A stretch of 62,022 nucleotides of DNA from a virus (IMGVR_UViG_3300033489_000001:1-62022); one strand, 5' to 3'. Numbered from the stretch's first letter, positions 8,578 through 18,843 are shown. Made by a program: numbers and translations. Notes: generated by a model from the letters alone, not told the origin.

Positions 8578-9741
8578 TCAGGTAACAGTGAATCCCACAT
8601 TCGGGGTCAAACCATGAGGATCACTTAGCACAACACCCGAAGCTAAACTTGTGTACTGAACGATCACCTTAGAGCCCACAACGCCAAGGGTGTTCAATAA
8701 GGAGGCCGGAATTACAATTTGAGTAGCCGCGACTTTGCCCTGTGTGCCGCCCGTAAGAGTGCTCTCAATGATCGCCTGATAGAGCTTCACATAACGAGAA
8801 CCATCTGCGGAGGTCACCCTAACTACTGTGGCTTCTACCTCAGAATTAACCGTTCCCGCACTCCCCAAATTGGTTCCCGTAATGGTGATATCCCCACCGT
8901 TCGGAACATTGTGAACCGCACCCGTAATCACAGTCAAAGGAGCTACAAAAGGCGTAACCCCATCATCTTGAACCACTGAGATTGCAGGCCCATTGGCAAG
9001 TGCCGGATTACGGTTCGGATCGGGATTGTAAGTAGCCCCAAGGAAACCATGGAGCATACCTACTTGGAAACTCTTGATTGCCACGTCCGTATCCACAAAA
9101 CGGGGAGCAATCGTATCCGCTAATCCATTAAGCTGAGTGCTAGTTGCACCTACACCTACATTTGTCACAAGCGTAGCTGTAGAAACATCTAACGCTCCAA
9201 GCACCGGATTGAGAGCAGTGATAACCGTTGCCACATCCGGGACCGTGAAGTCATCACCCAACACATTGAAGCCTACAGGAGTATTAATAGTAGAGTTGGC
9301 AACAACGTCTACCTCAATATAGCTATCCACCCCCGGAACTCCGCTTTGGAGAACCAAGTGCGTTCCCGCATTACTCAAACGAACGCTTGCATTAAGCCCC
9401 GCTGTAACGATAGCCGCGTTGATCGCGACTACAAGTGCAGCCCCGGAGGCATAAACACCGTTAGCTACCGTAACTGTGGTAAAAGCTGTTGGGGCAGGAC
9501 TAATCCTGGCCATGAGGGTGTGCGTACCAGCAGCAATCGTAGCACCTGTTGAAACGTTCACAGTACCTATGATGCCTGCTGGAATCACAGCTAAAGCGTT
9601 CCCAACATTCGTTGGGTCTGGGCGTCCAAACCGCCGCTCTTGCCCTCTTGGCTCGGTTGGCGGATCATATTGACTAATAGTTTCGAGATCCATGATTGAG
9701 ACTGGACCCGGCATGTCACCACGAATAACTCCAACGCGCAT
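8578..9741 (-). CDS. Virion structural protein (Val/Thr/Gly-rich, C-terminal IPT/TIG-like domain)
   Basis: GDITITGTNLG motif; has an SD and lies in the structural cluster. Confidence 0.55.
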   Translation of the reverse strand: MRVGVIRGDMPGPVSIMDLETISQYDPPTEPRGQERRFGRPDPTNVGNALAVIPAGIIGTVNVSTGATIAAGTHTLMARISPAPTAFTTVTVANGVYASGAALVVAINAAIVTAGLNASVRLSNAGTHLVLQSGVPGVDSYIEVDVVANSTINTPVGFNVLGDDFTVPDVATVITALNPVLGALDVSTATLVTNVGVGATSTQLNGLADTIAPRFVDTDVAIKSFQVGMLHGFLGATYNPDPNRNPALANGPAISVVQDDGVTPFVAPLTVITGAVHNVPNGGDITITGTNLGSAGTVNSEVEATVVRVTSADGSRYVKLYQAIIESTLTGGTQGKVAATQIVIPASLLNTLGVVGSKVIVQYTSLASGVVLSDPHGLTPNVGFTVT

Positions 9742-9743
9742 AT

Positions 9744-10121
9744 CTAGACTCCTGTTGTTTCGTTATTTGTAAATTTTCCGCGTACCTGGTCCGTTTTCAA
9801 CAACCGAAGGACCGCTCCGTAATCAGAATAGAACCCTGAAATGGATTTGAGAAATCTAAGTTGGTCCGCTTTCCAAGCAAAACCCGCTTCTCTGACCCAA
9901 ATCCGCATACGCTGCATATACTTAAAATACTTCGATGCATTTTCGAGCAATTTAAATTCATCCCGAGCCAACTCAAGATTTCCATACCGTGATCGGATGT
10001 CTTTGAGAATGAGCTGGACTTGCCGCAAGAGGAAAAGATCCGTTGGACGCCAACGCTGATGAACAGCTTGAAACGTAGAGCCCTCTTGCTCCAAGATCCA
10101 TGGAATGTATTTATATTGCAC
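9744..10121 (-). CDS. Hypothetical protein
   Basis: Fills the gap between co-oriented genes. Confidence 0.5.
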   Translation of the reverse strand: MQYKYIPWILEQEGSTFQAVHQRWRPTDLFLLRQVQLILKDIRSRYGNLELARDEFKLLENASKYFKYMQRMRIWVREAGFAWKADQLRFLKSISGFYSDYGAVLRLLKTDQVRGKFTNNETTGV

Positions 10122-10136
10122 ACCAAAACTTTCCTA

Positions 10137-10766
10137 TTACGATAGAACTACGACCGCTGTAAGCTGCTCGTTGGCAAGCACCTGGGCAAAACTGGTGGCC
10201 AATGCCACGCCCGGAATCAAAGCAGCCGGAACTACGATGGAGCCCGCAGCTACCACGCCACCTGGGGTTGCTAAGATTTGAACCGAAGTCACAGTGACAG
10301 CACCCGTACCCGTAATGATTACGGTAGTAATGTCCGGCAAAACCGATAAAAATGTCCCCGAAGTGCCTATAGTCAACGTCAGGTCACCTACGCCGGGAGC
10401 ACCAAGATCAGCCACCGATAAAGTTGGGGCTGTAAGAAGAGAGGCCGTAATGGGCGTCACAGTAATGAGCGGAGCCGCCGCCGGATTATGCTGAAGCCCG
10501 TAGATCTTCCCCTTCCCCTCTGATAAGGTTACCCGTTGGGTCTTGTTAAGATCTATGTAACCAGCGATTAAAGGAAACCCCTCAGCCGCCCTAGTACGCG
10601 GAACGTAACAAGGCTGCTTGGGCTTTCCAATAATGCCATCACGAACGTAAGCCTTAGGATCCGCCGTAGAACCAAGGCGGTGATATGATTTATTAGGAAG
10701 CCCATCATCAATATCGTCTACGAGAATGGGGCCTTGGACAGTCTGATTGTGGATTAACCTTAACAT
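10137..10766 (-). CDS. Virion structural protein; C-terminus resembles that of 8578..9741
   Basis: GDLTLTIG...IVVPAALI versus GDITITG...IVIPASLL; SD GAGAGG. Confidence 0.5.
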   Translation of the reverse strand: MLRLIHNQTVQGPILVDDIDDGLPNKSYHRLGSTADPKAYVRDGIIGKPKQPCYVPRTRAAEGFPLIAGYIDLNKTQRVTLSEGKGKIYGLQHNPAAAPLITVTPITASLLTAPTLSVADLGAPGVGDLTLTIGTSGTFLSVLPDITTVIITGTGAVTVTSVQILATPGGVVAAGSIVVPAALIPGVALATSFAQVLANEQLTAVVVLS

Positions 10767-10853
10767 GAATACCTCTCTAGGTGTTAAACCCTTTTGTGAA
10801 AGCGGTATAATAAAAGAAAAGCGTGCTCACTATTTACCAAACCAATAAGAATT

Positions 10854-11294
10854 TTAAGCCTTTTCCCTTTTTCGCGGCTTAGTCTTTACTTTTTCAACCC
10901 TTTGTTTAGCCCCGCGCCATTCAGCCTCTTCTTGAATACGCTTCCGTTCAGTCTCTTCCCGTTCAGCTTCTTCTCGTTCAGCCTCTCGTTCGGCTTCCTC
11001 TCGAATACGCTTTTCTTCAATTTCTATGAAACCGTTAATAACCGCGAACATCACGCTGCTCATAGCCGAAAAAGCATGAGCCTGAGCTTCCGCTGCCGCC
11101 GCTTGCATTCTCAAAGTGTTAGCTTGAGACAAGCAAGTTTGCCTTCGTTGTTCCGCCTCTTGCCAAATTTGCAGCAAGGTCTGCTCATAGGTTCCAAAAG
11201 ATTCGGGAGTCATATACCCGATTTTTTGAAATTCTAAGAGTCGTTGGCGCAACCTAAGTAAATCTTGTTGCGCTTTTACGTTGCTCTCATCCAT
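10854..11294 (-). CDS. Coiled-coil hypothetical protein
   Basis: Helical sequence with a Glu/Arg-rich C-terminus. Confidence 0.6.
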   Translation of the reverse strand: MDESNVKAQQDLLRLRQRLLEFQKIGYMTPESFGTYEQTLLQIWQEAEQRRQTCLSQANTLRMQAAAAEAQAHAFSAMSSVMFAVINGFIEIEEKRIREEAEREAEREEAEREETERKRIQEEAEWRGAKQRVEKVKTKPRKREKA

Positions 11295-11560
11295 TTTTTA
11301 TTCCCATCTGGTTCTTGTTTTATCTGCTTTTTACTGTTCGCCATGTCATTTGCAATTATGAGGCATGGTTCACAATATATTCCGTCTACAGCTGGTCTTT
11401 TTTTGCTTATCACTTGAAAAAAACGAGTTGAAACCTGCTTATTTGATTCTTTCTGAAGGAAGGTTGCAGATGCCACATGACCAGATTTACACCAGTAGTC
11501 TTGCGGAGGGTTCACCTGTTTAATAGTTAGATCGGTTTTAAGTATTTCAACTCCGCTCAT
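11276..11560 (-). CDS. Small Cys-containing hypothetical protein
   Basis: CxxxH and CxxC motifs; co-oriented with neighbours. Confidence 0.5.
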   Translation of the reverse strand: MSGVEILKTDLTIKQVNPPQDYWCKSGHVASATFLQKESNKQVSTRFFQVISKKRPAVDGIYCEPCLIIANDMANSKKQIKQEPDGNKKWMRAT

Positions 11561-11612
11561 AACTTTTTTCCTTTGCTAAGTTTTATCCTAAATCATCGTA
11601 TTCAACTCCCAA

Positions 11613-13121
11613 TTACTGTAAAATAAAATAGTTGATGTGATCTTTAGCTTTGATCTTACTGTAGGGGGTAATCTGAGTTGTGCTCGTTTCCTGGTAATCA
11701 TCTCCATTAACAACGGTGCCAGGGTCCCTCAATAAACCCCGCCAAAATACCCACAAATTTTGACCATTACCCGTTCCATCCAACGTATAGGTAATGCCTC
11801 CGGGAAGGGTGTGAGGTACGTTAGCGTTCACATCGACAGAGAGACGTTCAATGGTTCGAACAACCGAAGAAGCTACGATAGCGTTTGAAAGAGCCTGAAG
11901 TGATGCCGTGATAGTCTGACCATCAGTTAATACCGACCCCGTGTAATCTCTGTTCCCGATTTGCGCGTTGAGTGTATTTAAAGCCTCAACAACTGAGGGA
12001 GTTACGTCTGGAAGATTTACAAAAGGATAATAATTACCGGTGTTTGTAAGCTTTCCAGCAAGACTTTTATCCCCATCGTTCATCCCAATGGTAACTTGAA
12101 TATCGTCGATATCCTGACGAAGGTCACCAGTTTCTTCAATTCCTAAAGATAGGACAGTACGAAAAGCATTATCCGAAAGTTGATCTAAACGCTGAAAATA
12201 ACCGTAGAACAAATCAATGCTTGTTGGGAGAGCTGCCTCCCATGTATATGCGGTAGACGACGCGGAAATATCTCCTCCATAAGGCACCGAATAGAAAACC
12301 ACTTGAACACTATTTGGAGAAGCCGAAACGCCCCCTCTCGTAATACCATAAATTTTCTCACCAGCATGAAGACCAGCTTGAACTTCAAATTGTGTACCAT
12401 CAGAGGGATCTAAAATTTCAACGTAACATGAAGGATAATCACCTGTGTAAGGAGCAGCATCAAAAACCGGAACTCCGGTTTTGTCTACAGAATCTGAATG
12501 TTTTAAGTTCCCTGCACTTGTGATCGTAATGTAAGTGTTGGTCGCGGCTACTGTTGCAGCCGAAAACTTTCGATTAATAATGAAACCCCGAGCATCGGTA
12601 GTTTTGCTGGCAATGTTAGTTAGATTAGCCGGAACGTTCGTACCAATCGCCGTTGGACGTTGATACAACGGAATGGCTGCATCATAAGACGCCCCCTTAA
12701 TTGCCTGCCGATCAGTTCGCTCAAAATCCAGGTCATCATTCAAACAATACGCCCGCCGTTCAACCCAAGAAATGAACCCATTATTAGGATCAGGAGCTGA
12801 ACCACCAGAGTTAGAAATAATAATGCTTGAAGCTGAAATGTAAGAAATGATTAAAAAGGTGCCATTATTTCCGGGTAAAGTTGCCCCGGACATTGAAAGA
12901 AAATTCCCCACGGAGTTAGCTGTCATACCGGTCAACCCAGCAATGGTTGATGACCCTCCAACTGCCGTTGTAACTGATGCAGCCGACCCTAACTGTCCAA
13001 CGAGTGGCTCACCTAAACCTCCAGTTTCATCTGTTAGAGTCCGAGTTGCGCTTTGCTCAAAAGAACCTTGAATGTCCAAGATTTGATCAAGAGCGTTGTA
13101 GCGTGAATATTGAGGGGCCAT
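11613..13121 (-). CDS. Tail fibre/baseplate-associated structural protein
   Basis: Contains NNGTFLI, SVVEALNTLNAQIG and a C-terminal VFWRGLL...DDYQET module shared with its neighbours. Confidence 0.55.
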   Translation of the reverse strand: MAPQYSRYNALDQILDIQGSFEQSATRTLTDETGGLGEPLVGQLGSAASVTTAVGGSSTIAGLTGMTANSVGNFLSMSGATLPGNNGTFLIISYISASSIIISNSGGSAPDPNNGFISWVERRAYCLNDDLDFERTDRQAIKGASYDAAIPLYQRPTAIGTNVPANLTNIASKTTDARGFIINRKFSAATVAATNTYITITSAGNLKHSDSVDKTGVPVFDAAPYTGDYPSCYVEILDPSDGTQFEVQAGLHAGEKIYGITRGGVSASPNSVQVVFYSVPYGGDISASSTAYTWEAALPTSIDLFYGYFQRLDQLSDNAFRTVLSLGIEETGDLRQDIDDIQVTIGMNDGDKSLAGKLTNTGNYYPFVNLPDVTPSVVEALNTLNAQIGNRDYTGSVLTDGQTITASLQALSNAIVASSVVRTIERLSVDVNANVPHTLPGGITYTLDGTGNGQNLWVFWRGLLRDPGTVVNGDDYQETSTTQITPYSKIKAKDHINYFILQ

Positions 13122-13199
13122 GTTATAAAGTCTCCTTTATAACTTCGGCCAAACAAGGAATCTTCATTCCTTGTTGTGATGCCATCCGTAAGCCACGGA
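13122..13199 (-). ncRNA. Putative omegaRNA scaffold hairpins overlapping the tnpB 3' end
   Basis: Three consecutive stems: 13185-13199, 13152-13175 (10 bp) and 13122-13143 (9 bp). Confidence 0.45.
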
Positions 13200-14268
13200 C
13201 TAAAATTTCTCTTGCTGAATTGTGATCTCTCCCTATTGAAAGACCACAATTAGGACAGAGGTGCCAACGATCTCTTAAGGTCTTAGGAACCTTAGTCCCA
13301 CACCGCGAACAATCCTGCGTAGTGCCCCTTGGATCAACCGCAACGACCGTCTTCCCAGCCTCTTCCGCTTTGAAATTCAGGCAAGCAGCATATATGGCCC
13401 AAGCAGCATCATGTATGGATTTGGGTTTAGCTTTATTAGACTTAGCCATCCCTTTGATGTCCAAATCCTCAATAGCTACTAGGTCATATTTAGAGACTAC
13501 CTCCTTAGCTAACTTTCTAGCAAAATCTAGGCGTTGGTTATGGGTATGTTGATAAGCCTTACTGACCAAAAGCTTAGCTCTCTTACGAGAATTGGATCTC
13601 TTGTTTTTCTTATGAACCAGCTTCTGCTGCCTATAGGCTATAAGAGCTTCTGATTTTTGGAAGAATCTTGGATTCTTAACCTCAGACCCATTGGAATGGA
13701 CAGCAAAATGAGTGAGGCCTACGTCTATACCGATGGCAGTCTTGATCTCAACTTTGGGAAGAGCCACACTCAAGTCACAAACGATAGAGGCTTCCCAACC
13801 CTTACAGGTTTTTCGAACGTGGGCTTCTAGAGGGGTTCCTTTGAGCGGCCGATAAAGATGAAGTCTGACTTGGCCAAATTTTGTAATTGTAAGGAGATTT
13901 CCCTTTATTATGGGACTCGGAAAGCTGAATGAATCGTAACGATCTTTGCCCTTGAATCGAGGGAATCCTGGCTTTTGGCCCTGTTTAATTCGTCTAAAAA
14001 AAGCCTTATAGGCCTTGTCTAATCGGTTGAGAGGAGATCTAAGAATAATAGCCGCGATAGATCCATAACCTTCAAGATCAGCTTCACGAAGCTCCGTTAA
14101 ATCTTTGTGCTGATCATACCTTGAAACGGTCTTCTTTTGCTTTCGGTAGGCCTCCCGTCTCTGCTCAAGGGCTGCATTATAGAGTCTTTGACAATTTAGA
14201 CGGATTTCATCTAAGCCAGCTTCTTCTTGCTGATTTAATCGAAGAGGATATCTGAAAGCTCTAATCAT
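13123..14268 (-). CDS. tnpB: IS200/IS605-family RNA-guided endonuclease TnpB with intact RuvC
   Basis: N-terminal AFRYPLRL...LYNAALE; RuvC GIDVG, IEDL and RDHNSA; zinc finger CSRCG...CPNCG. Confidence 0.93.
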   Translation of the reverse strand: MIRAFRYPLRLNQQEEAGLDEIRLNCQRLYNAALEQRREAYRKQKKTVSRYDQHKDLTELREADLEGYGSIAAIILRSPLNRLDKAYKAFFRRIKQGQKPGFPRFKGKDRYDSFSFPSPIIKGNLLTITKFGQVRLHLYRPLKGTPLEAHVRKTCKGWEASIVCDLSVALPKVEIKTAIGIDVGLTHFAVHSNGSEVKNPRFFQKSEALIAYRQQKLVHKKNKRSNSRKRAKLLVSKAYQHTHNQRLDFARKLAKEVVSKYDLVAIEDLDIKGMAKSNKAKPKSIHDAAWAIYAACLNFKAEEAGKTVVAVDPRGTTQDCSRCGTKVPKTLRDRWHLCPNCGLSIGRDHNSAREILVRGLRMASQQGMKIPCLAEVIKETL

Positions 14269-14273
14269 GATTT

Positions 14274-14804
14274 TTAAACTCGCTGATAGTTAGCTAACAA
14301 ACTTGATCTGTTAATTGGCGCAAACGTCAAAAGGTTTATTGTATCATAACCCGTACCTACACCCCCTGATTCCTCCACCCAGTAATCCCCTGCACCTGGA
14401 TTCAGCACACTGGTTTGAGTAAGTCTACGACCATTGTGCCACAATTCTATAGTCCTGCCTGAGACTGTAAGATCATGTTTAAAATGATCTGGGGTAGTAC
14501 GAAAAACTCGATTAGCACCATCTTTAGGGCCTACTAATGAAACTCCAACCCTAACTGAAACGGCACTACTAGACGCAGACAGATCCTTGAGAGATAAAAT
14601 TCCAGAACCTAAGAAATCATCATACCAGTGCTCTGAACTTGTCTCCCCAAAAATGATTTGCCGAATGCGGCTTAGAAAAAATACTTGAAGCTCTTCTTGC
14701 GTGCCAGAAGAGATAAGAGCATTTAGAATAGCCGCCGAATCTTGTTGATCATCTGTATCGTCCGTTCTTCGGATGCTATTATAACGTTTGAGTGTGGTTG
14801 CCAT
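14274..14804 (-). CDS. Virion structural protein (paralog of 14807..15133)
   Basis: Shared GPxDGxN...NGxRL...DYxVxESGGVGTGYDTI motif. Confidence 0.6.
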   Translation of the reverse strand: MATTLKRYNSIRRTDDTDDQQDSAAILNALISSGTQEELQVFFLSRIRQIIFGETSSEHWYDDFLGSGILSLKDLSASSSAVSVRVGVSLVGPKDGANRVFRTTPDHFKHDLTVSGRTIELWHNGRRLTQTSVLNPGAGDYWVEESGGVGTGYDTINLLTFAPINRSSLLANYQRV

Positions 14805-14806
14805 TT

Positions 14807-15133
14807 TTAGGGCACTCTCAAAATGTAATCAGCAAAAAGATGATCGTTAAATACTGGCGGGGGCACTAACAAGATAATCGTATCGTACCCAGTTCCTACA
14901 CCTCCCGATTCAGAGACTAAGTAATCATCAATGAGAGCCAAGCGGCTACCATTAAAATAAACTGAAATGTCTAAAAAAGGTAAGTTGTGAGTAAACTTCT
15001 CTAGGCCAGGAGTGTGGTAGGAGACATTAATTCCATCCCGTGGTCCAACAAGATTTTGACCTACCCGATAGCGGCTAACAGCGATGAATAGCTGTTGCGC
15101 AATCTGAAGGGATAGCTGATTGATAAGATACAC
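14807..15133 (-). CDS. Virion structural protein (paralog of 14274..14804)
   Basis: ESGGVGTGYDTI motif. Confidence 0.6.
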   Translation of the reverse strand: MYLINQLSLQIAQQLFIAVSRYRVGQNLVGPRDGINVSYHTPGLEKFTHNLPFLDISVYFNGSRLALIDDYLVSESGGVGTGYDTIILLVPPPVFNDHLFADYILRVP

Positions 15134-15154
15134 AAGTTTAGCATCTCCTGAGGT

Positions 15155-15778
15155 TTACCGTGGGAAAGCAAGAGTAAAGGTAGCTGAAAACGATACAGCA
15201 CCCCCAACTCCTTGCACATAAAGAGAACTCTGCGCCCCACGAAGGTTTATGCTCTGTACCCCTACTTTAGGCAGGACTGTCAGCATAGGGTCACCATCTA
15301 TAGCCCCTACGAGAAGATTGTTACTACCATCTTCATTAACTATCCGAAAATCTTCCATACTGGGTAAATCAAGTTGTAAAGGAGCTGCTAAAGGAGCTGA
15401 ACCTTTGATAGTCACAATACCCGTGCCATGATGTGCTGCATCAGGTAAAACTAGAGTTGGAGCGCCCGCTGTACCTTCTACTGCTCCAACCACCGGAACA
15501 AATTTAAGCCAAAATGACTTAGCATCTGGAATGCTGTATGTTGCAGGATTGAAAACAATGCGAACTTTTCCTGTGACTGGTTGAGTTTCAATAACATTTC
15601 GATTCACGCTAGGATCTAAATACCCAACGTTTGTCGAAGTCATCATTGTTGTGAAAACAGCAGTATCGAAGTTAGCACCCCATTTGAGACGATAACCATC
15701 CACGCCACCACTCAAGAGAGGGGTATCTATATCTACGATGTTCGGCCGTCTACGTCTGATACTAAAAAGTCTGTTCAT
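15155..15778 (-). CDS. Hypothetical virion protein
   Basis: Beta-rich sequence; translationally coupled to the upstream gene. Confidence 0.5.
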   Translation of the reverse strand: MNRLFSIRRRRPNIVDIDTPLLSGGVDGYRLKWGANFDTAVFTTMMTSTNVGYLDPSVNRNVIETQPVTGKVRIVFNPATYSIPDAKSFWLKFVPVVGAVEGTAGAPTLVLPDAAHHGTGIVTIKGSAPLAAPLQLDLPSMEDFRIVNEDGSNNLLVGAIDGDPMLTVLPKVGVQSINLRGAQSSLYVQGVGGAVSFSATFTLAFPR

Positions 15779-16230
15779 TGTGAGACCTCTTGCTTGATAT
15801 GCTTTTCGTAAGTTTTGGCACTTTTAGTTGCCGCTTCAACTGCTGTTTTAATTCCGTGCTCCCTCTTTACCTCTGCAAAGGTAGAATCATATGCGGCATC
15901 TCTAGCCTCACCCCAAGATGAAGCGATTTGACCTTCAAAGTTAGGTTGCAATTTACTAGGCCGAACGTGATCCTTCTCTCGTTGAGCCATCACCTTTCGG
16001 TGCTTTGCTCGATAGGAATTCTCCTTCTCCGCTTTACTTGTAAATCCGCCCGATGGCCCATCTTTGAGCACAAAATCTACCCCGATAGGATCAAACACTA
16101 ACTCAACTTGACTCCCACAAGTGCAGTCTAAACGAAGCTCCCCTTTTTCCACAAGACCATATTGATCAAACGTCAACTTGCGGATTTCTTGCTTCTGACA
16201 AACTTTACATTTGGTTGTATATTTAGGCAT
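15775..16230 (-). CDS. FmdB-like zinc-ribbon protein
   Basis: MPKYTTKCKVC...CTCG...FVLK..GGF pattern. Confidence 0.6.
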   Translation of the reverse strand: MPKYTTKCKVCQKQEIRKLTFDQYGLVEKGELRLDCTCGSQVELVFDPIGVDFVLKDGPSGGFTSKAEKENSYRAKHRKVMAQREKDHVRPSKLQPNFEGQIASSWGEARDAAYDSTFAEVKREHGIKTAVEAATKSAKTYEKHIKQEVSQ

Positions 16231-17108
16231 TACTTTTTTCTCTTACTGCCTTTAGGTATCGGAATTTCCCATTTATTAATATGTGACAACACAGCCGCGA
16301 CGTGCTTACATACTTTGTTTATTCCATCAGGGTCTTTAATAACCGGAACACTTGCTGTACCACGAGGTTTACCATCTAAGTAGTCTTCGGTCTTTGCATG
16401 GTACTCGGGTCCAAGCCAACGCCAGGCGGGGCAAGAGCACTTTATGTCTAAATCCATCTTAGGAATTTTTGTGATGTTTCCCTTCCGAAAAGCTTTGATC
16501 TTAACAATTTTAGGGCCATTCCCGCAATCAACTGAAAAGATCCACCGCAAATTATTGACATCAACCCTGCTGACAGTTACCGCACAATGAGCCCCACGCT
16601 CAACGAATTTAGGATTTAAGCCCTCCGTGATAGGCCCCGTGCGAAGAGCAAGCTTCGTTATCCGATCTCCAGGTAAATGAAGCTCAGGGGCTCGAGACAA
16701 CTCCCAAAGATCTACTACAAATTCTGCCGATGCTGACTTGGTATTAGGAATGCCATCCCGATATGGGTAACGAGTTTTTGGGCTCCTTTCATCCCATTCC
16801 CCTTTACCAAGATAACCAATTCCATCATGCTTATCTGCGTTATCCTCTCGAGTATCAATACGTTCACGATCAACTAATAAGTCGTCGGCATAATCGGTAC
16901 GATAAATTGGTTCATCCTTAGCCCCATCGAAATCACGAGTATCATCTTCAGGTTTGGCATACGTGGCTGAGCCTGGGATCGAATTTTCTAAAGGCAAGCC
17001 TTTATCGCTAGGGCCTCCAGAAGGGAGCCCCGACTCAGCTACAGTTGGAGAAAACCCCTTCCCATACGCGGGTCTAGAAATCAAAGGCTGTACTAAAGCG
17101 CTTTTCAC
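16230..17108 (-). CDS. SWIM zinc-finger protein with acidic N-terminus
   Basis: CSCPAW...CKHVAAVL. Confidence 0.65.
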   Translation of the reverse strand: MKSALVQPLISRPAYGKGFSPTVAESGLPSGGPSDKGLPLENSIPGSATYAKPEDDTRDFDGAKDEPIYRTDYADDLLVDRERIDTREDNADKHDGIGYLGKGEWDERSPKTRYPYRDGIPNTKSASAEFVVDLWELSRAPELHLPGDRITKLALRTGPITEGLNPKFVERGAHCAVTVSRVDVNNLRWIFSVDCGNGPKIVKIKAFRKGNITKIPKMDLDIKCSCPAWRWLGPEYHAKTEDYLDGKPRGTASVPVIKDPDGINKVCKHVAAVLSHINKWEIPIPKGSKRKK

Positions 17109-18752
17109 TTACCCCTTCCAATCAAATGCTGCCTTAAAATCATCTTTGTGTTCTAAAGTCTGCTGTTTCCACTTCTTAGCGTCTTCAGGACTCATATTCT
17201 GAGTAGGGTCAGCAGGTTTGCCCTCTTCAAAACGCGAACGCTTAGCCTCCTCCGCTGTTGGTTCTCTTAGTGTCCCAAAAGAAGCGGCCTTAAACTTATC
17301 TTTGTTTTTATCGTGCTCTGCCCACCACTTCTTAGCATCTTCAGGGGTCATGTTCTCAGTAGGATCAGCAGGCTTGCCTTCCTCAAAACGAGCCTCTATT
17401 TCGACATCAGCCTCGTGTTCCGAAGCGGCCTTATCGCGACGTTCTTCCGTTGGAATAGTAGTCTTTAGCTCTCTGCTGAGGCCCTCTAACGTTCGAGCTA
17501 CTCCTCCCATGACACTATCTAATTCATAAAGGCTCTTTTTCGATTCTTGAGCCCGCCTAAGAGCTGAATCAGGCATACCGGTCAATGGGCCTATACGCCC
17601 TATATGACCAGTTATAGCGTCTTCTAGAGCTTGGCTCATTGTCCTACTGGCACCTCGACACATGAACAAATTTTCGGCCGTCTGATTCAAAGCTTCTTGA
17701 AACTCTTTTGCCGATACGCCCGAGCCGTGTTCTTTATTCTTAATCTTGAGAGGGCCAAAAGTGGCCGTACGTTCCCCACCGGCTGCCGACACATCTATAG
17801 AGTCTGCCAAGATGCGCCGAAGCGTTGAAGCCAGCACTAACCGACTAGGAGGCTCCGGATTAGTTGTATCTAAGAAACTTTCCGCCAATCCACGCAAGGT
17901 AGAAGCAATCTCATTACGCTCAGTAGCCGTCTTTGTTTGCCCTTCTAACCGCGAAATGAGATTAGCTAGCCCCTCCGTATCTACGCGCCCTGTAGCTTCC
18001 GTAGAGGCCGCTAAACGCTCCAATTGAGCTACAGCCTCAGGGATTCTTATTGTCTTACCCTGACGCAGATTAAGTTTCTTTTTGGTTGAAGAAAACCATT
18101 CTTCCATGGCTTCCTCAACAAGGTCAGCCCAATCAGTATCAGGTAAATCTGAAACGGGTTTATATTTCTCTAACTTTGACGTAAACGAAGTAAGATTGCC
18201 TGCTCGCATACGAGCAAGTGCTATCATAGCGTTTGCTACGGTCCTCTCAAGAACATCCTCAGTCTCATGTTTCAAATAAGGTAAAATTACCCGGCGAAAA
18301 GCTTCTTCGGCTTTATTATCAATTGCAGAGGTAGAATTCGCTTCCTTAGTTTGTGACCTTCGTTGTACCCGTCTGACCCGAACCTCTTCAAGAGCCTTCT
18401 CTAATTCATCGACCTTCTCTGGACGCAAATCGTCTTTGATCTCCTCATAATCTAACTTGGATGCTCCTAAAGCCGCAGCACTAAGAGCTTTATCCATCCG
18501 TAGTAACGTGTCCGGAATGGCATAAATTAGATTAGCGGCTACCTCAAAAAAACGATCACGATACTCTGACTTGTTAACAAGATTGACGGCCTCGTCAATA
18601 TACTTTTTGAGTTGAGAACATCGAAGACGAGCATCACCTAGTTCCTCGAGGAGGTAAACTGAGATCCCACTGCCAGTCTTAATCACTTTGGTGGAAGTGT
18701 CACTAGCTTCTTTTTGTTGAACCGGGCCACGTCGCAAACAAGAGTCGGTCAT
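17109..18752 (-). CDS. Helical putative internal head protein with a duplicated C-terminal module
   Basis: Two copies of RFEEGKPADPTxNMxPEDAKKW...KDxFKAA; many K/R-x-A sites; SD GGAGG. Confidence 0.55.
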   Translation of the reverse strand: MTDSCLRRGPVQQKEASDTSTKVIKTGSGISVYLLEELGDARLRCSQLKKYIDEAVNLVNKSEYRDRFFEVAANLIYAIPDTLLRMDKALSAAALGASKLDYEEIKDDLRPEKVDELEKALEEVRVRRVQRRSQTKEANSTSAIDNKAEEAFRRVILPYLKHETEDVLERTVANAMIALARMRAGNLTSFTSKLEKYKPVSDLPDTDWADLVEEAMEEWFSSTKKKLNLRQGKTIRIPEAVAQLERLAASTEATGRVDTEGLANLISRLEGQTKTATERNEIASTLRGLAESFLDTTNPEPPSRLVLASTLRRILADSIDVSAAGGERTATFGPLKIKNKEHGSGVSAKEFQEALNQTAENLFMCRGASRTMSQALEDAITGHIGRIGPLTGMPDSALRRAQESKKSLYELDSVMGGVARTLEGLSRELKTTIPTEERRDKAASEHEADVEIEARFEEGKPADPTENMTPEDAKKWWAEHDKNKDKFKAASFGTLREPTAEEAKRSRFEEGKPADPTQNMSPEDAKKWKQQTLEHKDDFKAAFDWKG

Positions 18753-18795
18753 ACGAGTCCTCCAAGTCTATTAAACAAGATCATTGAAGAAACCT

Positions 18796-18843
18796 CAAAA
18801 AATGAAAACGTGGAGAGCACCAAAAAACCTGGACTCCCCACGT
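18796..18843 (-). terminator. Probable intrinsic terminator
   Basis: Minus strand acgtggggag...ctctccacgt followed by tttcatttttt. Confidence 0.55.
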
